Assembly: GCA_963663405.2 (NCBI GenBank)
Contig: CAXXSM010000110.1
Location: forward strand, 32,001 to 96,000
From: a bacterium
GTDB lineage: Bacteria; Hinthialibacterota; Hinthialibacteria; Hinthialibacterales; Hinthialibacteraceae
Reading direction: 5' to 3'
Length of the DNA: 64,000 nt
Every line of letters begins with the position of its first letter. Positions within the stretch are counted from its first letter, which is position 1. The notes under the pieces are model-generated. The model worked only from the letters and a program-made list of their open reading frames with translations, searched no databases and was not told the origin of the DNA. The position numbers and the translations under genes were made by a program. Below are positions 1 to 8,679 of this stretch, in pieces.

Positions 1-2
1 GG

Positions 3-1229
3 CATATGGGGAACGTGATGAATACCAGCGTTCAATCGAACGTTGGCGATCTATTGACCAGGAACGTAATCCTGGAATTGGATAGTCTGACGAACGCGGA
101 TAAAACATTCACGATCGAGTCGCTCTTGCTGTGGATTCATCATTACCGTTTGACACAGCCGGATCGAGAGACCTTCAAACACGCCATGATCATCGAGGAA
201 GCGCATCACATTTTACTGAAACGTTCCGGCGCCGGCAGCGGCGGGGAAGCGATCACGGACACCATTCTCCGTGAAATCCGGGAGTTGGGAGAAGGGATCG
301 TGTTGGTGGATCAGCATCCGAGTTTGATCTCGATTCCCGCCATGGGCAACACCTACGCCACGATCTGCATGAATCTGAAACACCGGTCCGATGTCAACGC
401 GGCGGGTGGGGCGATGCTGATTGACAATGAAGAGCGGGAATTATTGGGGCGGCTGCCAATTGGACGGGCGGTCGTCAAACTGCAGGGCCGCTGGCTGCAA
501 CCGTTTGAGATCTCGATTCCCCATCGAAAAATCCCTAAAGGATCTGTGAACGATACCGCTTTGGCGCAGCACATGGTAGAACGGAATATCCTCAATCCTT
601 ATGCGGAATATGATGAGGTCGTACATGGTACTGAGAACCCTATCACTATCCAATTGAATGAGAAAGAAAAAACCTTTTTGATCGATGTGTTTCAGAATCC
701 ACTGTTTGGCGCGGTGGAGCGGTACCGGCATCTTCATTTGAGCCGACGAAAAGGAAACGCGATTCGGGAATCGTGTATCGAAAAAGATTTGATCGAGCCG
801 GAAGAGATCCGGACACACAGCGGGAAAACAGTTCTGCTGGGATTAACGCCAAAGGGGAGAGCCTGTCTACGAAATATGAATTATGACGTTCCGAATAAAT
901 CTCGTTGGGGCAGTCTGGATCATGAATTTTGGAAAGAAAAAGCCGCGCAACAATTCGTTCTTTTGGGTTGGACTGTCAGGAAAGAAGAATCCGGTCATGG
1001 ATACACAGATCTTGTGGCGGAAAAGAACGGCCAAAAAATTGCGGTGGAGATTGAAACGGGAAAATCAAATTGGAGGGAAAATATCCGGAAGAATCTAGCG
1101 GGAGATTATCGAGGGATTTTCATCCTAACTACCAAACCAGAAACGCAGAATCAGATTCTAAAAGTGATCGATGAAATGGAAACCAAGATCCCCATCAAAG
1201 TGAAACAAGTCCAAGATTTCGTGAAATAA
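3..1229 (+). CDS. HerA/VirB4-like P-loop ATPase with C-terminal winged-helix and PD-(D/E)XK nuclease-like region (5' partial)
   Basis: Walker B MIIEEAHH and REIRELGEGIVLVDQHPS typical of HerA/FtsK; C-terminal E..YTDLVAE..AVEIETG. Frame is open to the window edge. Confidence 0.75.
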   Translation, partial: HMGNVMNTSVQSNVGDLLTRNVILELDSLTNADKTFTIESLLLWIHHYRLTQPDRETFKHAMIIEEAHHILLKRSGAGSGGEAITDTILREIRELGEGIVLVDQHPSLISIPAMGNTYATICMNLKHRSDVNAAGGAMLIDNEERELLGRLPIGRAVVKLQGRWLQPFEISIPHRKIPKGSVNDTALAQHMVERNILNPYAEYDEVVHGTENPITIQLNEKEKTFLIDVFQNPLFGAVERYRHLHLSRRKGNAIRESCIEKDLIEPEEIRTHSGKTVLLGLTPKGRACLRNMNYDVPNKSRWGSLDHEFWKEKAAQQFVLLGWTVRKEESGHGYTDLVAEKNGQKIAVEIETGKSNWRENIRKNLAGDYRGIFILTTKPETQNQILKVIDEMETKIPIKVKQVQDFVK

Positions 1230-1354
1230 GGAAAAATAAAATCTCTGGAGTGAAACACCGTGTCAAAGGAATCCGATTTCAGTGATTCCAGGAGTATTTA
1301 CCTTTCATATTTCAATTGACCCTCTATAGAGCCTATTTCATTCCAGGATAAATA

Positions 1355-1406
1355 GAATCTTGGAATATCTTCATTCGGAAGAATCCGTTGGATAATTCCA
1401 AGATTC
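1355..1406. terminator. Inverted repeat between convergent genes (possible bidirectional terminator)
   Basis: GAATCTTGGAATATC (1355-1369) / GATAATTCCAAGATTC (1391-1406), one bulge. Confidence 0.35.
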
Positions 1407-1437
1407 ATAATCATGCAATGCATGGGATAATTGATCT

Positions 1438-2322
1438 TCAATCAACAACCATGGGCTGTGATTTCTTCCCCTCTTTTGTGAGAGATTCAATCTGAGTAAT
1501 GATGGTGGATGCGCATCGGCGGATCTTCTCCAGACGATTGAGCAGTTTGTTTTTATCGCCTTCCCACAGGCGGATGTAATCGGACGACGCTTGGATAGCC
1601 TGTACGCTGAACCGCTCACAGACAACACAGGCGACAGCTTCGGCCTCCAATTCACGCAGCGAACGGGAATCGTTGGTTGTTTGTCTTTGATGGAGAATTT
1701 CATGGGCGAATTCATGCGCGAGCACAGCGAAGGTTTCCGCGGAATCCATTCCCTTTTTAATCGTTATGGATCCTTTTTTGGAATAGCCAAACGCCCGGCC
1801 TGTGTACCCATAATCGAGCTGGATTCCATTTTTACGAACAGCTTGCTCCAGCATGGAAAGATATTGTCTCGCTTCACCTTGTGCTCGAAACGGTTCGGGT
1901 AATTTTGAGCCGTGTGTCTGCGCTAGATCGAAAACACAGACCACGCGGAACGAATATATTGTGTCTTCTTCAAATGGCTCTTTCGAGTCTTCTTGCTTTG
2001 TTTCTTTTGACTGTATTGAAGCTGTTTTCTTTTTGTAGCAAACCGGAGCGAGGATGCGGATGGCTTTCTCGCCGCGTTTAATGGATCGATGGAGACGTTT
2101 CCAGGTTTGAAATCCGGCGACTTGCGTGGCTTCAGGGCGTTGGGCCAAAATGAGAAATTGATTGGAGGTGGAGTACGTATGGAAAAGCGACATGGTTTTC
2201 AGGTATCGAGTCATTTCTGCTGAGTATCCTTTTTCCAGCTGCTCCCCCAATTTGGTGATGGTCTCCTGGATGATTTTCCGGCTTTGTTGGATCCGATCTT
2301 TAGTATTTTGGTTTGGTTTCAT
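1438..2322 (-). CDS. ArdC-like ssDNA-binding protein with IrrE/ImmA-type HExxH metallopeptidase domain
   Basis: YSTSNQFLI, VAGFQTWKRL..IKRGEKAIRILAP, VFDLAQT, LAHEFAHE, ELEAEAVA; start reset to ATG 2322 after GGAGGA SD. Confidence 0.85.
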   Translation of the reverse strand: MKPNQNTKDRIQQSRKIIQETITKLGEQLEKGYSAEMTRYLKTMSLFHTYSTSNQFLILAQRPEATQVAGFQTWKRLHRSIKRGEKAIRILAPVCYKKKTASIQSKETKQEDSKEPFEEDTIYSFRVVCVFDLAQTHGSKLPEPFRAQGEARQYLSMLEQAVRKNGIQLDYGYTGRAFGYSKKGSITIKKGMDSAETFAVLAHEFAHEILHQRQTTNDSRSLRELEAEAVACVVCERFSVQAIQASSDYIRLWEGDKNKLLNRLEKIRRCASTIITQIESLTKEGKKSQPMVVD

Positions 2323-2326
2323 TTGT

Positions 2327-2371
2327 ATCCTCCGGCTAACTGGCCACCCTTGGACCAGTTGGCTGGAGGAT
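2327..2371. promoter_or_regulatory. 17-bp hairpin covering the ardC-like SD
   Basis: ATCCTCCGGCTAACTGG (2327-2343) / CCAGTTGGCTGGAGGAT (2355-2371), 15/17 Watson-Crick. Confidence 0.55.
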
Positions 2372-2461
2372 CTCATCGAAGTAAGTAAAAGCATGAAATA
2401 ATTCAGAGAATCCAGCTGGATTATGTCCACGAATAATTTTCTATATGAAAGATAATTCCTC

Positions 2462-2484
2462 AAAAAAAGGGGATTTCTCCCCTT
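2462..2484 (-). terminator. Rho-independent terminator
   Basis: Minus strand AAGGGGA-GAAA-TCCCC followed by T7. Confidence 0.65.
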
Positions 2485-2503
2485 CAATTCATCGCAATCA
2501 ATC

Positions 2504-2854
2504 CTACCGTAAGAATAGAAAATACCAGCGTCGTTTTGACTTCTGGTTTTCCGTTTCACGATGAATACGCTGACGTTCCAGTTCTGAAAGCTTATGACCG
2601 ATTTCTTCTGTGGTTTCTTCCTGAGCAACAGCGCGATAGGCGGTGACGCTTTTGAAGATGACCGGTTGATACTTGGCTTCGACGATATCGATCAGTTCGA
2701 GGATTGCTGCGCCGATTCGAGCAGCTTTGACATGCTCTTGGAGATCGTTGAAGTGACTATCGAAAATCGATTGTTCGGTCAGGATATCTCGCAGTCCTCG
2801 GCCTACATTTCGATTCGATTTTGCGTTAGCTGTTTTACTACCGTTATTATTCAT
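2504..2854 (-). CDS. Hypothetical protein
   Basis: ATG 2854 with AGAAAGGA SD; in operon. Confidence 0.6.
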   Translation of the reverse strand: MNNNGSKTANAKSNRNVGRGLRDILTEQSIFDSHFNDLQEHVKAARIGAAILELIDIVEAKYQPVIFKSVTAYRAVAQEETTEEIGHKLSELERQRIHRETENQKSKRRWYFLFLR

Positions 2855-2876
2855 GATTTTGTTCCTTTCTGGTTTT

Positions 2877-3347
2877 TTAGATTTCTTGCCAGACCGATCC
2901 GGAATTGATGCCGGGGGCAATGGCGTGCGCGGCGGCTGTCAGCGTTCGATAGACTGTCCCATTGAACAGGATGGATCGACCATCGGAGCGTTTGTTGGAT
3001 GGATCGTCCACGATGACGGCTTCGTAGGTTTGGCCCCGATAGGTGGTTTGAATTGTTGAACCAACCGGTGGGATTTCCAATGGTTTGCGGGTGTGTTCGG
3101 GGATGTATTGCTCATCGCCGGTTTGGTTTGGAATCTTGGTTTGGATTTTCTCCTTTCTTTTTGGCTTTGAACTTTGATTCAGTGTTGGCGGTGATTTGAC
3201 ACTTGGTTGTGATTTGTTCGAATCACAATCGATGAGACGTCTTTCTTGTTCACGTATGCAATCGGTTTGGATGCCACAGCTCGCGCATTCCGGAGCGATG
3301 GGATCAAACAGGGCGAAACAGGATGGATTTTGGACACAGGTATCCAT
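2877..3347 (-). CDS. Cys-rich N-terminus plus RAMA/DUF2924-like C-terminal domain protein
   Basis: CVQNPSC..CASC..C; TYRGQTYEAVIV..ILFNGTVYRTLTAAAHAIAPGINSGSVW; GAAAGGAG SD. Confidence 0.6.
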   Translation of the reverse strand: MDTCVQNPSCFALFDPIAPECASCGIQTDCIREQERRLIDCDSNKSQPSVKSPPTLNQSSKPKRKEKIQTKIPNQTGDEQYIPEHTRKPLEIPPVGSTIQTTYRGQTYEAVIVDDPSNKRSDGRSILFNGTVYRTLTAAAHAIAPGINSGSVWQEI

Positions 3348-3389
3348 TGATAAATCTCCTTTCGATATTGAATGGTTATTTGTTGCTGG

Positions 3390-5270
3390 TTATTTGCGGT
3401 TTCTGCGGAGTAATTCAGAAAACTTCGTGTAGAACGCTTTAGGAAGTTCTGGCAGGTTTTGAACGACTACGTTCTCTTTGAAGAAATTCTTTACGTAATC
3501 CGCTTGGATGCCAACGGCCACACACTCGATTCCGGCCTTTTCACATTTACGCAGGTTCTCTTCGAGATGTTTAATGACAGCTATCTGCATCGTTGGATTC
3601 CCGCTGTATGGTTCTCCATCCGTGAGAACAAGGATGATCTTTCGGGTTTCCTTCCGGATGACGATACGTTTTGCAGTGAAAATAATGGCGTCATCGATGG
3701 GTGTGTATTCCAGGGCGTTCATAGCAGGAACGCGAGGCTTCAGCGCCCGGAATGGTTCGTCGAACGCCTTAAAGATGGAATAGACGCAGGGAAAGAAGCG
3801 GGTATAGAGTTTGGAGAGTTGCTGCAAATCCATCCCCGTTTCCCGTGTCAATCGGGCGAAGGCCCGTTTGGAAGGCTCAGTCGTGAAGCCGATTACCTCG
3901 GAGGGGATACGCAGCTGGTTGAGTGTTTCAGCGAATAGGATGGCGACTTGGCGAGCCAGGTAGATGCGTGGGCCATTCATCGAACCGGACAGATCAACAA
4001 GAAGCGACACCGCTACCGAATCGGATTCGCATTCTTGGATTTGCCGAAAGACTTTGTTCGAGCCCTGATTGAGCAGCGCATAAAGCTTTTTGCTGTTGAC
4101 CTGGCCTTCTTCCCGATCGTTGACCCAGAACCGGGTATCGCGCGAACGGAGAGTTCGAATCAACTGTTGCCGAAGAGCGCCGACATGAGGCCGAACAGCA
4201 TTGCTCAAGTTTTGATAAGTTTCACCGTTATCCAATGATAGAGGCGTAACAGCTTTATCCAGCGATGGATCGTATACCCGGTAGGCTTGGTTTGTTCCAT
4301 CACTGAATTCTTCTTGGACTTGCTCTCTGATAGTTCTCTGGAGCTCGAATGGATGGCCGGTGGATGAGTATTGTCCGGCTAAGGCCTGATCCATCGCGCC
4401 TTTATTTCCATTCTCAGAATCATCTGATGGACTACTTTTCGAGTTCGAGTGTTCATCCGAGTTCGAACCATCTTGTTGATCCATAGAATCATCCTTTTGT
4501 CCCTCGGAACCGTTTTGCCGATTGTCAGATTCTTCTTGACCACCAGAGGAAGAGGATTTTGTTGATCGCTGATCCTTGTCTATTGGTTCTTGCTTGGATT
4601 CACCAGATGAGGATTGTAACTGTGATTCTCGATTCTTTTCCGTACTATTTGGTTGTTTTGAATTTGAAGGTTGACTTTCTTGCTCAGCTTTATACTTGAG
4701 GCGTTCCAGGATACTTTCCGCCATTGCGCAGGCTTCGTCAGTGTTATGGAGGGATTTGAACCGCTCCGCTTCGTTCTTGAATTGTTCCACCATTCCGATC
4801 GCGTCTTCGCCATACTGGTCATAGGGCAGATCCATTCCAGTAAGGAACAGACCACACAAGAACCGGACTGGGAGAGGCATTTGATCGATGGGATGAGTGC
4901 GAGTGATCTCTGCGACGCTGTGCAGGATGTTGTGACGTGAGCCCGGATATTCCTTCTGCATGGCGTAATTGACGCGCACATCTTCGATGACATTAAGCGT
5001 ATCAAATCCGAAATCGCCCCATTTCTGTTTGAAATTCTTCATGCGGCCATCAAAGTCGCTGAAGAGGATATGGGCGGTCTCATGATCCAACTCACCACGG
5101 ACCAAACTCCATAACGACTCAGAGATCTCGTCTGGCAACGCCGGCAGCCAGATGGTCCGGCCGTCGGTCTTGCATTCGTTTCCTTTGCATTGGACTGAGA
5201 TGTTGTACTTACGGGACAAGATTCGTCCAACGCGTTCCAAGGTGGTTTCTAATCCGTATTGATTCTTCAT
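3390..5270 (-). CDS. CobT-like protein: N-terminal HExxH peptidase-like domain, S/D/Q-rich linker, VWA domain
   Basis: TDGRTIWLP, LDHETAH, NVIEDVRV; MIDAS DLSGSM; VLTDGEP. Confidence 0.85.
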   Translation of the reverse strand: MKNQYGLETTLERVGRILSRKYNISVQCKGNECKTDGRTIWLPALPDEISESLWSLVRGELDHETAHILFSDFDGRMKNFKQKWGDFGFDTLNVIEDVRVNYAMQKEYPGSRHNILHSVAEITRTHPIDQMPLPVRFLCGLFLTGMDLPYDQYGEDAIGMVEQFKNEAERFKSLHNTDEACAMAESILERLKYKAEQESQPSNSKQPNSTEKNRESQLQSSSGESKQEPIDKDQRSTKSSSSGGQEESDNRQNGSEGQKDDSMDQQDGSNSDEHSNSKSSPSDDSENGNKGAMDQALAGQYSSTGHPFELQRTIREQVQEEFSDGTNQAYRVYDPSLDKAVTPLSLDNGETYQNLSNAVRPHVGALRQQLIRTLRSRDTRFWVNDREEGQVNSKKLYALLNQGSNKVFRQIQECESDSVAVSLLVDLSGSMNGPRIYLARQVAILFAETLNQLRIPSEVIGFTTEPSKRAFARLTRETGMDLQQLSKLYTRFFPCVYSIFKAFDEPFRALKPRVPAMNALEYTPIDDAIIFTAKRIVIRKETRKIILVLTDGEPYSGNPTMQIAVIKHLEENLRKCEKAGIECVAVGIQADYVKNFFKENVVVQNLPELPKAFYTKFSELLRRNRK

Positions 5271-6361
5271 GATTCATTCGCTCCTTTCTGTGTAGGATTC
5301 ATGAGATCTCCCAGGCGCCGCTGCGCGATTTCTTCAACGACGCGCCGGTCATCTCGGGAGAGCTTGTTGAGAACGGTGAGTTCCAACGCTTTGGTCAGGT
5401 TACCGAGTTGATCGTATTTCCTGGCGAAAGCGAGCAAGCGACGGGTGGAAAAACTGCAATAACACTCTTCGCGTTCCGCCGCTTCGCGGACCTGGCGGGC
5501 GTATTTCACCAGACGTCTGATGTCGGTCTTTTTCAGGCTGGAGACTTTTTGAGAGAGGATTTCGGTCTCGGTTTTCTCATCTGGGTAGTCCAGATAGATG
5601 ACTGTGTCAAACCGGTCTTTGAAGGCTTCGTTCAAAATCTGCGTTCCAGCGTACAATCCAGACTCATCTCCATTACCGATCGTATTGGCGGTGGCGATGA
5701 TGCGAAAATCGGGATGGGGAGCGATTATCTCGCCGTCTTTTTCGAGAAGCGTGAGTTTGCCGCATTCTTCGAGCACGCTTTGGAGCACAAATAAAATATT
5801 TGGCAGAGCCGCGTCGATCTCATCGAGCAGCAGCCAATCACCGTTTTTCATGGCAGTGGGCAGGATGCCCTCGCTGTAAACCATTTCTTTGCCACGAACG
5901 GTCCAGCGGCCCAAGAAATCAGAGACCGTAGTCTCGCCATTCAGGTTGCAGCGCCGCAAAGGAGTATTGGTCTGGGCGGCGAGCTGCATGACCAGCGAAC
6001 TTTTTCCTGTGCCGGTCGGACCGACGATCATCACGTTTTCCTGGTGGTTAATGGAGTGGATCAGGTAAGCGGCCTCGGGCGGGAATTGGTAATGCGGATC
6101 AGAGTTAGGCACTATCGGATTTGCGCCATTTCTCTTTTTGAGCGCCGCGTCATGAATCCGGAACTCTGCTGTGGCTTGTATCGGTGTTCGTTTGACGGTT
6201 TTGCCGGATTGGATCTGATTGAGCAATGCCGGAGCCACCAGAGGCGCGCCAGGGTATTGCTTCAGGTACTCTTGCGCCGTTGTGCGGTGACATTCACCGA
6301 GGTGACCATACAAAGCGCCATGGATTGACTCTCCACAAAGTTGACAGGTGATAGTATTCAT
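5267..6361 (-). CDS. CobS/MoxR-like AAA+ ATPase with N-terminal Zn-finger-like motif
   Basis: GPTGTGKS, LLLDEID, HPDFRIIATANT, LNEAFKDRF, FSTRRL; CQLC..H...H; ATGA overlap with the VWA gene. Confidence 0.9.
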   Translation of the reverse strand: MNTITCQLCGESIHGALYGHLGECHRTTAQEYLKQYPGAPLVAPALLNQIQSGKTVKRTPIQATAEFRIHDAALKKRNGANPIVPNSDPHYQFPPEAAYLIHSINHQENVMIVGPTGTGKSSLVMQLAAQTNTPLRRCNLNGETTVSDFLGRWTVRGKEMVYSEGILPTAMKNGDWLLLDEIDAALPNILFVLQSVLEECGKLTLLEKDGEIIAPHPDFRIIATANTIGNGDESGLYAGTQILNEAFKDRFDTVIYLDYPDEKTETEILSQKVSSLKKTDIRRLVKYARQVREAAEREECYCSFSTRRLLAFARKYDQLGNLTKALELTVLNKLSRDDRRVVEEIAQRRLGDLMNPTQKGANES

Positions 6362-6379
6362 CTCGTTTTCCTTTCTAAT

Positions 6380-6404
6380 AAAAAAATCCCGGCAGACGCC
6401 GGGG
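6380..6404 (-). terminator. Rho-independent terminator immediately upstream of the cobS-like SD
   Basis: Minus strand CCCGGC-GTCT-GCCGGG-A-T7. Confidence 0.7.
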
Positions 6405-6460
6405 CTGTTTCGTTTGCAGGCTTTACGCCCTTTTTCATTTGTTTGAACTGTGGAATCGGA

Positions 6461-6697
6461 TCATTGGATCTTGATTCCAGGATCGGTGAAATTTTTCTCA
6501 CAGTTTTGACAGTAGAGATATTCCATTACCGGATTGATTCCATCCTCGACAGACTCGATTTCCTCTTCCGCCCAAATCAAACCGCAATCATCCTGGTAGA
6601 GATTGCGATAGATGCTGGAGGGAAGCACGACACAGAGCTGGATGCGTTTCACATCTTCATTTCCACAATGCGGGCATTGGATTTCTTTGATACACAT
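6461..6697 (-). CDS. Small Zn-ribbon protein
   Basis: CPHC..CQNC; AGAAAGGA SD. Confidence 0.7.
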   Translation of the reverse strand: MCIKEIQCPHCGNEDVKRIQLCVVLPSSIYRNLYQDDCGLIWAEEEIESVEDGINPVMEYLYCQNCEKNFTDPGIKIQ

Positions 6698-6741
6698 TTC
6701 ATTTTTCCTTTCTTTGATTGATGTGGTTTACGGTTAAATTG

Positions 6742-6779
6742 AAAAAGACCGGACAGAACTTGGTTCCATCCGGCCTTTT
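6742..6779 (-). terminator. Rho-independent terminator
   Basis: Minus strand AAAAGGCCGGA..TCCGGTCTTTTT. Confidence 0.65.
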
Positions 6780-6904
6780 GCCTATGAATTGATTCAAATA
6801 GAACTAATCAACATCGATGTCATTGATGTTGAGTTAGCGCATCATCTTTGCGGGGGAAGGATAACTTGTAGGATGAATCGAGGAATGAGAAAAAGGAAAG
6901 AGAA

Positions 6905-7342
6905 TTACTCACTTTCCCAGACGGAAACCATGCAGGGATCGCCTTCTTCGTCCATCTCCGTTTCCTCGCGTAGCTCTTGCTCGGTGAGATTGTCCACGTC
7001 GTAATCCTGGACACGGATTCTTACGCCAGCGGGGATGTTTTGGATATCCTGGATAACACCGCCGCGCACAAAGACGGTCACTTCATCCAATTCGATGACT
7101 GTAACATTCTTGATAGCCCGGCAACCTATCATCGCTATTCCTTCGTTGTGAAAGGCAGCCATGATTTCGCGTTCGTCCTCCGCATCATCCGCGTACATCG
7201 CAGCGAGTTCCTTGTAAGCTTGATCTTCTTTGTTTTCACCATCCGATTTTATGAAGATCGTCTCACAGTACTCGTGTTCTCCATCCACGATAGTGTAATG
7301 GACCTTCATCGTTCGATTTTCTTTTCTTGTGGTGTTTTTCAT
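6905..7342 (-). CDS. Acidic hypothetical protein
   Basis: AAGGAGG SD; VTVFVRGGVIQDI..VQDYD segment. Confidence 0.7.
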   Translation of the reverse strand: MKNTTRKENRTMKVHYTIVDGEHEYCETIFIKSDGENKEDQAYKELAAMYADDAEDEREIMAAFHNEGIAMIGCRAIKNVTVIELDEVTVFVRGGVIQDIQNIPAGVRIRVQDYDVDNLTEQELREETEMDEEGDPCMVSVWESE

Positions 7343-7375
7343 TGTTTTGATACCTCCTTCTTTTTTTTCATTGAA

Positions 7376-7639
7376 CTAGTAATCCTCTGGAAAAATCAAC
7401 GACACCAGATTTTGGCCATCGGTTCCGGCTCCTTCATCCAGGATGCCCCACAACCGGCGCCCGTTGATCTGGACGATCCACAGGTTGGGATTGGCTGGAT
7501 CGGGAACCTTCATCTTCTCAAAGAGAATCGTGAACGCGTGATGGATTTCTTCTGGTGTCAATGTTTCGTATACAGCTCGTGACACAACAGTTTGGGATTG
7601 GACTTCTACGGTACTGCTTGTTCGATTGGTTTCTTTCAT
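7376..7639 (-). CDS. Small hypothetical protein of plasmid/ICE type
   Basis: GGAGG SD; C-terminal SLIFPEDY resembles the T-I-L-x-P-E-(D/E)-Y end of small mobile-element proteins. Confidence 0.65.
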   Translation of the reverse strand: MKETNRTSSTVEVQSQTVVSRAVYETLTPEEIHHAFTILFEKMKVPDPANPNLWIVQINGRRLWGILDEGAGTDGQNLVSLIFPEDY

Positions 7640-7666
7640 TTTGGAACCTCCATTGTTATGGTTGAG

Positions 7667-7713
7667 GCAAAACGGCCTGGCAGGCCAGTATCTGCCCTGC
7701 CTGGTTGTTTTGC
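7667..7713. promoter_or_regulatory. Long imperfect hairpin upstream of the leftward operon
   Basis: GCAAAACGGCC-T-GGCAGG-C-CAG / CTG-C-CCTGCC-T-GGTTGTTTTGC. Confidence 0.5.
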
Positions 7714-8099
7714 TATTTGGATTCGGTTTTGAATAGAAAATGCGATCGGATTGATCGAGAAGAGATGCAGAGAGTATTCACTAGGCGAATCTCGCCATTT
7801 TACGTTTCTCGACGGGAATGTCCCGTATGGATTTCATGTCTTGACCACAGACCGTTCGTTCGCTGTTCAACGGTTTGTTGGGACAAACCGGATACGGACA
7901 AAGGTTTCATGCGGTCTTTTTTTGGTCTTCCAACCTGAAAGTCATCTCATTTTCCTGGCGGAAAAGATTCTACTTTCGGATGGTGTTTTGTTGTTCTTGC
8001 GCAGAAGTGAATTCCCTCCGGTTTATAAATCTTCCGGTTTTGAGCGTTTGGACAACTCTCTTTTGAGAGGATTGTTGTACCTCTTGAGTGACTGCAAAC

Positions 8100-8114
8100 C
8101 GTAACCTTTAAATA
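8100..8114 (+). promoter_or_regulatory. Archaeal-type BRE-TATA motif
   Basis: CGTAACC-TTTAAATA ending 23 nt before ATG 8138. Confidence 0.5.
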
Positions 8115-8137
8115 GTAGTGACAATTCTCCTTGCTCC

Positions 8138-8311
8138 ATGAAACGAATCACACCCCACACACCGGATGAAGAAATCGCCGATTGGATTGAAGAACAGCTC
8201 AAAGAAGTCAACCTAAAAGTCGAACACATTATTTACCGGCTGCGGTATGAAGATCCACGCATTTGGTTGGCTGAGAACGAGCGAAAAGATAAGAACCTAA
8301 AGAAATATTAA
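8138..8311 (+). CDS. 57-aa hypothetical protein (not in ORF track)
   Basis: MKRITPHTPDEEIADWIEEQLKEVNLKVEHIIYRLRYEDPRIWLAENERKDKNLKKY*; no SD. Confidence 0.55.
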   Translation: MKRITPHTPDEEIADWIEEQLKEVNLKVEHIIYRLRYEDPRIWLAENERKDKNLKKY

Positions 8312-8679
8312 TCTCTGGATGGGATTGTTTTTTCACCCCTGCCTTTTCGATCAAAATAGACGGTTTCTGAACGAATTCATTTTTTCTTCCTTGTTAAAAT
8401 TTCGTGACTTATCATATGAGGACCATCCAAAAATGACCTCCTACCAAAAACCGTGCGAAAGCGTGGAATTTGAGTTCAATGGGGCAGGGGGACAAGCGAA
8501 CTCCAACTAAAAGATTGAAAAATATGCAGTTTTCTTGCGGAATGGGATGAAATTTTAGGAGGGTATATACCTTTACTATCGTGTAGGCTGTCCATTGAAC
8601 TTATGCATATGACTTTCTCGACGAGAAACATGAATTGAACTCATTTTTTGGTTATTTTACAGCAATCAAAAGAGAATTC

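Noticed and set aside
2323-2628. N-terminal extension of the ArdC-like ORF in the track
   Set aside because: Crosses a terminator and overlaps the upstream gene; good SD at ATG 2322.
3390-6361. Cobaltochelatase cobST for B12 synthesis
   Set aside because: No cobN or other cob genes; mobile-element context and extra domains.
7705-8104. Overlapping + strand ORFs
   Set aside because: No SD, low-plausibility composition; likely a regulatory region.
8330-8615. Possible structured RNA or oriT (AGTTCAATGG/CCATTGAACT pairing)
   Set aside because: Only about 10-bp complementarities; no relaxase in the window to support it.
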